Of a stretch of DNA of 39,015 bases, positions 31,000 through 39,015 are shown in pieces; within the stretch, counting starts at the first letter, position 1, and every line of letters starts with the position of its first letter. This DNA comes from Stramenopiles sp. TOSAG23-2. Taxonomy: Eukaryota. The position numbers were made by a program, and so were the translations under genes. Where the stretch lies: assembly GCA_900128395.1 (NCBI GenBank), contig LT649314.1, forward strand, positions 1 through 39,015, in the 5' to 3' direction. The notes under the pieces are model-generated. The model saw nothing but the letters and a program-made list of their open reading frames with translations. It was not told where the DNA came from and searched no databases.

Positions 31000-32673
31000 T
31001 CAATGATATTCAGCCAAAGTTGCATGTGTAAAATCACCAAAGGAACATGTAGTAAAAGGACAACGTTCGGTTCCCCATCGTTTTTTCAATGGTGGAACAC
31101 CTTTTGGTAATGATTTTGCTGCTTCGTTTGTTTGTGCAATTGCTGGATCTTTCTTAGCGACACTTGGTGGTGTTACCATAATTTCATCCATATTTGGCTC
31201 CATAAATACAGCAAATGCAGTACGTGATATACCAGCAATATTTGCACCACGTACAGCATGTGGTGTGGCTTGCAATACACCACCACTATGAATTTGTGCA
31301 GTTTCACCAATTTGAAACAATAATGAATTCGGTGGTGCAACAACTTTAAAAATTTGTCCTTGTCTTGATTTAACATATAAACCAGCAAGTGGATCAGGAC
31401 TACCATCTTCAATTATTTTCCCATCTTTAAAATACAATGCTGGTACTACACCTGTTAATGAACCATGATCGTTATGCCAACCACACCATGAACTGAATGC
31501 AAAATCTGGATTGATATCTTTTTTAATGTCGGCTTCTGATCTAGAATAATAATGAACTAATCGACCTTTTGTAACCTTGGAACCTTTGATTATACGATGT
31601 AATTTATTTTTTTCCATTGTTTTATTTGTTGTTGGATCTGAATGAATTAAAACTTGTTCTGTATATTTATCACACATAGTAGCTTTGTAGCGAGCGAAGC
31701 GTAGCGAGCGAAGCGAAGCCGTATGTGACAATATAGCGAGCGAAGCGAAGCCGTATGTGACAATACGATCGATGTTTGTATATATATATATATATATTAC
31801 ATGTTAGAGAGATTCATTTATTGAAAAATCCTGAAAAATCATGCACCGTGTTTGTTGTCGTATTGTATTGTCAATATTGTCGTATTGTCAATACGCTACG
31901 CTCCACAAACACGGTGCAGGATTTTACAGGATTATCACACGGTGCAGGATTATCAATACACAAACACGGTGCAGGTAATACTTACCTAATTTCAAACCAG
32001 TTTCAACAATTAATTTTCCTAAATTCATAAACGAGGATTCTAACTGTGGCTCGTCTTCTTTTGAAGGCCATATGTTTGGATGAGCAAACGATGGCCATTG
32101 TTGTACAATTTTTTTATCGGTATATGGAACATTTTCTACTGGATTATTATAATAAGAGCCTTTCGAATAATCAGGACGTCCTTGCAATTTTTCTTTACCA
32201 TGAGACCAACCAAACGACCAATATGATTTTGGATGTTCATATTTTGCACGTGTGGAGGGAGATAAATCTTCTGCGAAATGTCGACCGGTGGATAGTAATT
32301 TTGTACGTAATTCTTGCAAATTGGGAACGTCTTGTACAGCTAAAATCCCAATGCCGTTATAGCCAAATGCTTCCCCAATTTTTGATATAATTGTTGGATC
32401 TTCTTTTAATAAATTGTTGTAATTTAACGAGACAATATTTTTAAAAGTGGAAGTTGGTGGTTTTGAGGTGGGGGAGTTGGTGGTTGTTTTGGTTTGGTTT
32501 ACATTTGTTGTTGTTGATGATGTTGATGATGACGAGATAGTTTTGACGTTTTGTTCCTCCACTTCATAGAAAGAACCATTTTGGATCGATCCATGGGAGG
32601 ATGCACGTGGTCTTTTTGGTAAAAATGTTTCTTCCGAAGTGGAAAAAAAATGTGGACTGGGTGCGCGTTTCAT
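31000..32673 (-). CDS. 2-oxoglutarate/Fe(II)-dependent dioxygenase (IPNS-like fold); complement join(31986..32673, 31000..31682), 456 aa
   Basis: WCGWHNDHGSLTG (HxD), ATPHAV (distal His), SRTAFAVF; N-terminal GWSHGKEKL...KGSYY...NIWP. Spliced length is 1371 nt, in frame. Confidence 0.88.
31683..31985 (-). other. Spliceosomal intron of the dioxygenase, ~303 nt, largely filled by repeats (array 4 at ~31826-31975)
   Basis: GTAAGT donor; the AAG acceptor gives LKL-A-TMCDKY. Confidence 0.75.
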
Positions 32674-32696
32674 TTGTAATTGTTTATTTTTTTTTT

Positions 32697-32697
<1 letters not shown>

Positions 32698-32728
<31 letters not shown>

Positions 32729-32816
32729 GGGGGATATTAAATCCAATGTACTTATAAATGTATTTTATATTTTTATATTTTGCGTGTGTGACAATATCTT
32801 TGTTTAACAAAGTTCG

Positions 32817-32853
<37 letters not shown>

Positions 32854-32870
32854 GGGGGGGGGGGGAGGGG
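32698..32870 (+). repeat. Two poly(T)-poly(G) homopolymer blocks upstream of the dioxygenase
   Basis: About 26 G at 32708-32733; about 34 T then 13 G at 32819-32865. Confidence 0.85.
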
Positions 32871-34234
32871 ATGTTTGGGTTGGTATATGATGTTGTTGTT
32901 GTAGATTTTGTAGGATAGGTATATGGAATGTTGGAATGGGTAGGGAGTATGATATTGTAGGTTTCTTCTATATTTTCTTTTTTTATATATATGTAAAAAA
33001 TGGGAGAATTTGTGTTGTTTGTGGTGTCAAAATATCCGTAGTAGTGCAACGTGCTAGTATGGTTTAAGCGTATTCTTATATTCTATAAGTGTGGGGGGAT
33101 ATATTATATCTTGCGCTGATGCCTGATGCCTGATCGCGTATTATAATCGCCTATTAGTAATGTGTACACATACAAGTATTAATACAAAACCAATAATCAA
33201 TATAGTGCTATAATACCTGTACCATAGCAAATATTTGCTATGATAATGCTCCATTTTTATAATTAGTAGATATATCGCAATGGAAAAAAAAAAGAAGAAT
33301 AATATAATTATAATTTTTTCCACTTTCAAACATTGCCACTTAGACACACACCTCAATGTTGTTGAATCTTAATTTACAACAGAGTGAAAAAGATGAAATC
33401 TTACATTATTACACGAGTTAATTGTTAGTTTCATAAAAACGCATAACCTAATAAATAAATGGGTAATTTCTAAAATTAATGATGTACTTGAACGAAATTT
33501 TTATTAAACTAAATTTGGCATTCATAGAGACAAACTTTGTTTTGAGTGTTGCGAGTGTCATCGGAAAGATAATTGTGAGTGAATGTATTATTAGAATTAT
33601 ACACTTAAGGAAATATAATGTTGATTCCTTATGTGGTAAGTGTGTACCAAGTGGTATACCATTAAAGAGCCAATGTACGCTATTATAATCAAATACACGA
33701 TGTTGTTATCCGAGGAAGACTGGTATCAGGTTTTACCAAATTTTAACTTTTGATGTTAACCCTAATTCCTATGCCCAAAAATCGTTCAAAAAGTGTTACA
33801 AATAATCGAATTTTTGGACGAAAAAGGTCCTATCAATCATACTTAAAATCTATATTAGTATATGGCCAGTTGAAAAGATAGCAAAAAAAAAAAGGCTGCT
33901 CTTGTAGTTAGGATTAGGTAAAGACAGTCTGGGATCCAAAGAAAAAATCTTATGAGAGTACCATTTTATCTTTACAAGTCCTTAGATGCTCTGCGTTCCT
34001 GTATATGCGAATAGCATAGCGAGATGTAATAAACAACCAAATTATTTGTTTTTTATTCTATTTATAGTCTAAGTCTAAGGTTCTTAAAATAATAATTACT
34101 GTGACATCCTCGTAGTAGAGCTATAGTACCTGGTACCTGGTATATTAGTATTAGTGGTTGTTAGTTTTCATCGTAAGCAGTGCTACCGTGCTACCCTGGC
34201 TACCCTCTAAAACATGCAAAAAATGTACACTTAA

Positions 34235-34439
34235 CACTATTCACTATAGTGGAAATATTCATCATTTTTTCTATATTTTCGGATATTTGCTATTTTTTCC
34301 AAATATATGAAAAATATATAGTGGAAATATTCATCATTTTTTCTATATTTTCGGATATTTGCTATTTTTTCCAAATATATGAAAAATAAAATTGGCATTT
34401 TAGAAAACGATATATACCTATTTCCCATAGTGAATAGTG
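34235..34439. mobile_element. Putative MITE with terminal inverted repeats, containing an exact 72-bp tandem duplication (34245-34388)
   Basis: TAACACTATTCACTAT (34232) and ATAGTGAATAGTGTTA (ends 34442) form a perfect 16-bp inverted pair. The flanks read TTAA and TTAT. Confidence 0.55.
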
Positions 34440-34655
34440 TTATTTTGTTATTTCGTTAAGTGTTGACCAAAATTAGTATACACATCTCATTCACTTTACG
34501 AAAAAAGAAAATATAATAAATAATTATATATCCATGGATATATTAAAATATTGATATATAAATTGTAATAAATCTAATAAATATATGCATTTTTAAGATA
34601 TTATTGGTTATATTGAAAGGTAAAGTTCAATTAAAGTTAATTACTAATCATAAAA

Positions 34656-34820
34656 ATGTCTTGTTCCAAGGAAGATGATGATAATAATAATCATCGGAAT
34701 ATACTGAGTGAAACATTAGATGATGGATTAGCTGCTATTGAAGATTTGGCTGTTAACGTGTATTTAGATGATTTAGATCAAGCAAATGCAAAGAGAAATA
34801 ACCAATCTAGAGACAATGAT

Positions 34821-34857
<37 letters not shown>

Positions 34858-35240
34858 GCTTATACCTGTTGACACTTGGTGGTGAAAAGGAAACAATCAG
34901 CAGTACAGCAGCTATTTGCGAAAATAATGAAGATGAAGACAAAGATATGTTAACTTTTGTTAATGATGCATCTGAATTAAATTTTGGTTTACGTTATTCC
35001 AAAAATTCCGTGAGTGTTCAACTAGAACAAATTGGAAAGCATGTTGCAAGCAATAGTAGCAATAGTAGTAGAAAGAGGAAGGGAAAACGAACTTTTTTCA
35101 CAACTCGTAAAATTTAGGTAAAACATTGAAACCATTGAATGTAGGAAAACATAAAGGTATTTTTAATTGGGCAGAACCGAATGATGATTGGGTTGATTTA
35201 TCAGAATATGGTGGTCGTAATACGGATGATGATGATGGAA
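34656..35240 (+). pseudogene. Broken coding-like sequence of unknown family
   Basis: A 153-aa ORF with coding-like composition that continues in a shifted frame (PLNVGKHKGIFNWAEPNDDWVD). Confidence 0.35.
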
Positions 35241-35725
35241 GAAAACGCATTAACATTTTGCGTATGTATTGCATCAAAAGAAATTATTGTATATAAACGT
35301 ACAGAATATTTAAAAATATTAAATGGAAAACATCAAACAAACATTATGCAATTATACATTTTTGGAAATTATTTAATTTCAATAAGTAAAGACAATACAA
35401 TAGTCATGTGGAGTTTAATACGTAATAATGGATATAATGTTGAATATTACAATCAATTTAATTTAATAATATGCATACGTAATACGTAATAACAGGTTTT
35501 TACAAGATGATGTCAATAATTCCAACTTCGATAATAATAATAAAGAATTTTTAAATATGACATCGATTTTACATCCCAATACGTATTTAAACAAAATGTT
35601 AATTGCATCTGACGATGGTCATTTAGATTTATGGAATGTACGGTCGAAAAAAATGCATATACTGATTTACTCAGTTTATAAATAAAGAAATTACGACTGT
35701 TGTTGGTATTGGTTGTCGTAATGGA
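35241..35725 (+). pseudogene. Degraded UTP21/WDR36-like WD40 fragment
   Basis: QLYIFGNYLISISKDNTIVMW and MTSILHPNTYLNKMLIASDDGHLDLWNVRS (HPxTYLNK is a UTP21 hallmark), interrupted by stops and frameshifts and truncated. Confidence 0.7.
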
Positions 35726-35899
35726 CTGCGAATGGAACTATGATATAATAATTAATATACGACGTATATTTTTATGATATTAATTAATATATTATCTAGT
35801 AACGTTGTATAGATTCTCCACCTGAATAGTTTTTATTATCTATGTACTGTGATACTATTTTAAAGTATACAACAACTTTATATATGTTCTTCAATTTGT

Positions 35900-37100
35900 A
35901 TGCACATATCATTTTTCACCAAAAATAGCTTCCAACGCACTATAATAATACACCATTTCAAGCATCAAAAAGCGTGCAACGTTATAATCTTCGCTATTTC
36001 TTTAGATACATGCCTAATTCTTTTTGCATACGCGTTTTGCGTTTTATATTTAAACCAGCAAAAAACAAATTCTTAAATCGTTTTCTTTGCTATTTTTCAA
36101 CCAGCTAAAGCCTTCCAAAAGAAAAGCTTTTTATTAAATCTTTTAAATCCAGCAAGAATGGAAAGTATTGGCGTATTGTTTTTCAATCGCAGAGCCAGTT
36201 CCCTATTAAATATCGAATGTTTTGATCAATTGATTCATGCTGCAGTTGCTACGCAATAGCAATTTTACCCATAACGGCGTTGTAAAAACACACACATGAT
36301 ACACGATGCCAAACGCGTTGTATCTGACATCACACAACGCATCGCTAAACGCTTGACTCTTCCCGCTTGTAATAATATCTTAGAATGGAAAGCCATTAAA
36401 CATTTATACATATACCATCCGCATTTTAATCCGATTCAACGTTCCTGCCACTTTACTTTCTTTCTCTTTATGCGTTCGTTGTGTTTTTTTTTGTTTTCTT
36501 TTATGTATATATTTTTTTTTCTTTCATTTGTTTGCGAGTAGATTTCGATAAATCGTCACATATACCCGGTAATGACGTAGTGGCAGCATCAACTTGCTTT
36601 TTTTAAATATCGCCTCCACCAACGCTGAATTTTCTTACTCATTGTTGTTACAAACCTTTTCTTTAATTTCAACCAAAGCTTCCACGTATTCAAGTGCAAA
36701 AAAAAAAAAAACGTTAGTTTCCGCAAAATAAATTACATGCCAATGCTCTCATTATTTCTTCATTTTGTATTTATTTGTATCCATTTATCATTATCACTAT
36801 CAATAACAAAGATTTTATATTTAAATGCTACGTGGTTACGTATTGCATCAGCTTGTTTGTATTAAATATTTCAATGTTTTTGTTTCATGAGGAAGGCGGA
36901 GAGTATATTGGGTGATGAATTCTATTGTTGTGTTGTTATTATATGGTTTGTTGTTGTTGTTGTTGTTATGGTTTGCTAATTAAAGCATGTTTGTTTTGTT
37001 GCGGATGTAGATGTTGTAGTGGATGTGAATGTGGATGTGATATGTTTTTCTATAATACTACTATCTTCTTTCTTGAATCATTCATTCAATTTTTTTTTTT
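35900..37100 (-). pseudogene. Possible degraded gene containing an IQ-like motif
   Basis: Coding-like purine-rich minus strand with KKIQRWWRRYLKK near 36600-36640, but no long open frame. Confidence 0.3.
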
Positions 37101-37279
37101 TTGTTGAATGATGTGATTATTATTACACTGCTGTATTATTATTATTATTTTTTATTATTATTTTTTAGTTACAAACGCCTCTACTTTTAATATTATATAT
37201 TAATAATAATAATATTTAATAATATCTACCTTTTTTCATATATATATATTATACACATATACATTTCACATAATATTAG

Positions 37280-38114
37280 TCGAAAAAGTATTAATGTGGT
37301 GGAATATATATAACAGATAACGCAACAGTGGTGGAATATATATGAAAATAATTATTTCCGAACAAATTATGTTGGAATTGATGCACCACATAGTGGTGCG
37401 TCAGGACCAATGTGGTTAAAACTACATCCTGGTACCACTCGATCTATTGGAAGTATTGATTTAGCTATTGTTATCATTGGTGAATATATATTAAATTATA
37501 TATACAATAACATTGGTCATGTAATTCAGAAAAATAAATTGAAAAAGTTGGTTGAAAAAATTAAAAAGTTGAAGGATACAGTTAATATCCAACTAGCATG
37601 TGCTGGGGGAACAAAAAAGTTTCAAAAAGATCAAACATATTATAATGTTTTTGGTCATTGTTGTCATCATCATGAAATTGGCAACTCAAAGTTATCCTGT
37701 ATTGCAGTTTGAGTAAGTGATCCCAGAAATGATGATAAATTTGGTAGGGTAATATTTTCAAAATTACCAATACGCTTATATATAATTATGACACAAATGT
37801 TTTCACGAGCAGATTGGGATGGTGCATATTTATTTCACTTTTGGAACAACATTTTAGAACAAAGAAGAATAGAACATGAAGTTATTATTGATTCGGTGAA
37901 ATTATACACATCAACAAAAGAAAACAAGATGTTTGAAACTGTGGTGGAAGAAATCAATAATTGCTTCAAAAACAACAACATTTGCCGTCAGTTACTGGTA
38001 TCATCACTATACCCGGATGTCAAAGACATGGTATCTGTCAATGAACAACTCATTGTTTACCTTGGGTTACAACAACAAAATCTAAGTTTTGCCAATAATG
38101 AAACATTGACATGA
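37280..38114 (+). pseudogene. Possible degraded GT32/alpha-1,4-glycosyltransferase-like gene
   Basis: GGIY motif near 37298 and AYLFHFWNN near 37825, spread over broken frames. Confidence 0.3.
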
Positions 38115-39015
38115 TGTTTGCAGACCCGTGCATTAGAGCTTCTTCACTATAGTAGGATACAATATTATTAATCTTGTAATTGGTTATTGAGCATATTACT
38201 GATATGATATGTGTCAAATGTATCTCCACCGTAAATTTGTGATATTATTTACAATAATGAATATTTATAATGGTTAAAATCTAAGTTATAATAATTTTAC
38301 ACTTCTCAATAATGATATATATATATATAAATAAAATAACGTGTAGAGATATACAAACCGCGATTATTAAAACTTGCGCCTATAATAATCGTTTTGCTTT
38401 AAAATGTGCATTTGGTGAGTCGTATATGATAAATTTACAAATCTACTTGTAATGGTATTGGATGCTATTTCAAATATAAGGTTTATTTGGCGCTGGTTGT
38501 AATACTATTCCGTTGCTATTAATATGGCATAATATGCCATATCAATACGGCATATTTTGCTGTGGTGCTCCCTAAAACAATCCCCATCCACAAACGGGCT
38601 TTCCAGCTTTGTAAACTAGTTTCCACATTCCGGCATTTTTTCGAGGTTCCCACTAAAAAATTGGAAAAAAAAGAAAAAAAAAACAAAAACAGCACACGCG
38701 GCTCCAAGACCTTGAAGGCAAAAATTAAAAATAAGATTTGTCTAAGAATAAGGAAAAGTTAGTTTCAGTTTTTAAGTATAAAGTTATGTATAGCTTAGGT
38801 AACACATGACTACTATCAAATGACTACAAACTCTAATAATAAAAACCGCAAGGAGAGGTGCATTATAGAAAATAAAAAATACAAAAATAAAAGAAGGGGA
38901 AAAGATATATAATATTATAATAAATGAAATACAACTGTAAACAGAAAGCGTGAGAACCATTACGTTTAACGGATGATTTAATCGTAGCAATTGAAGGTGC
39001 TATTAATGGTGGTGG

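Noticed and set aside
29186-31975. Repeat arrays as a CRISPR array
   Set aside because: There are no unique spacers or cas genes, unit lengths vary, and the context is eukaryotic and intron-containing.
33757-33921. TTAACCCTAATTCCTA...TAGGATTAGGTAA as telomeric repeats or a second MITE
   Set aside because: There is no tandem telomeric array, and the inverted match is too short and degenerate.

Overview
AT-rich, gene-dense eukaryotic (protist-like, possibly stramenopile; taxon is inference only) nuclear DNA with few introns and Asn/Lys-rich low-complexity proteins. Genes in order: BRCT protein, PAN/Apple mucin-like protein, TORTIFOLIA1/SPR2-like HEAT protein, OTU deubiquitinase, glycerol kinase, ankyrin protein, sterol 14-alpha-demethylase CYP51 fused in frame to a C-terminal cytochrome b5 domain, an orphan, a fasciclin plus beta-propeller protein (1 intron), a vigilin-like multi-KH protein, TM9SF3, MCM2 (1 intron) and a 2OG-Fe(II) dioxygenase (1 intron). 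The last ~6 kb holds degraded gene fragments (UTP21-like, GT32-like) and a small MITE-like element. Most notable: (1) the CYP51-cytochrome b5 fusion; (2) a local repeat family (core ATCCTGCACCGTGT) found just downstream of both splice donors and both stop codons of the convergent MCM2/dioxygenase pair, each time in the host's sense orientation, producing a 102-bp perfect inverted repeat; (3) seven exact 72-166 bp tandem duplications, two of which frameshift genes (probably assembly artefacts); (4) two recurrent intergenic motifs (TAGTCGTCT, TACCTGGTA). All family calls come from motif recognition by eye; no searches were run.
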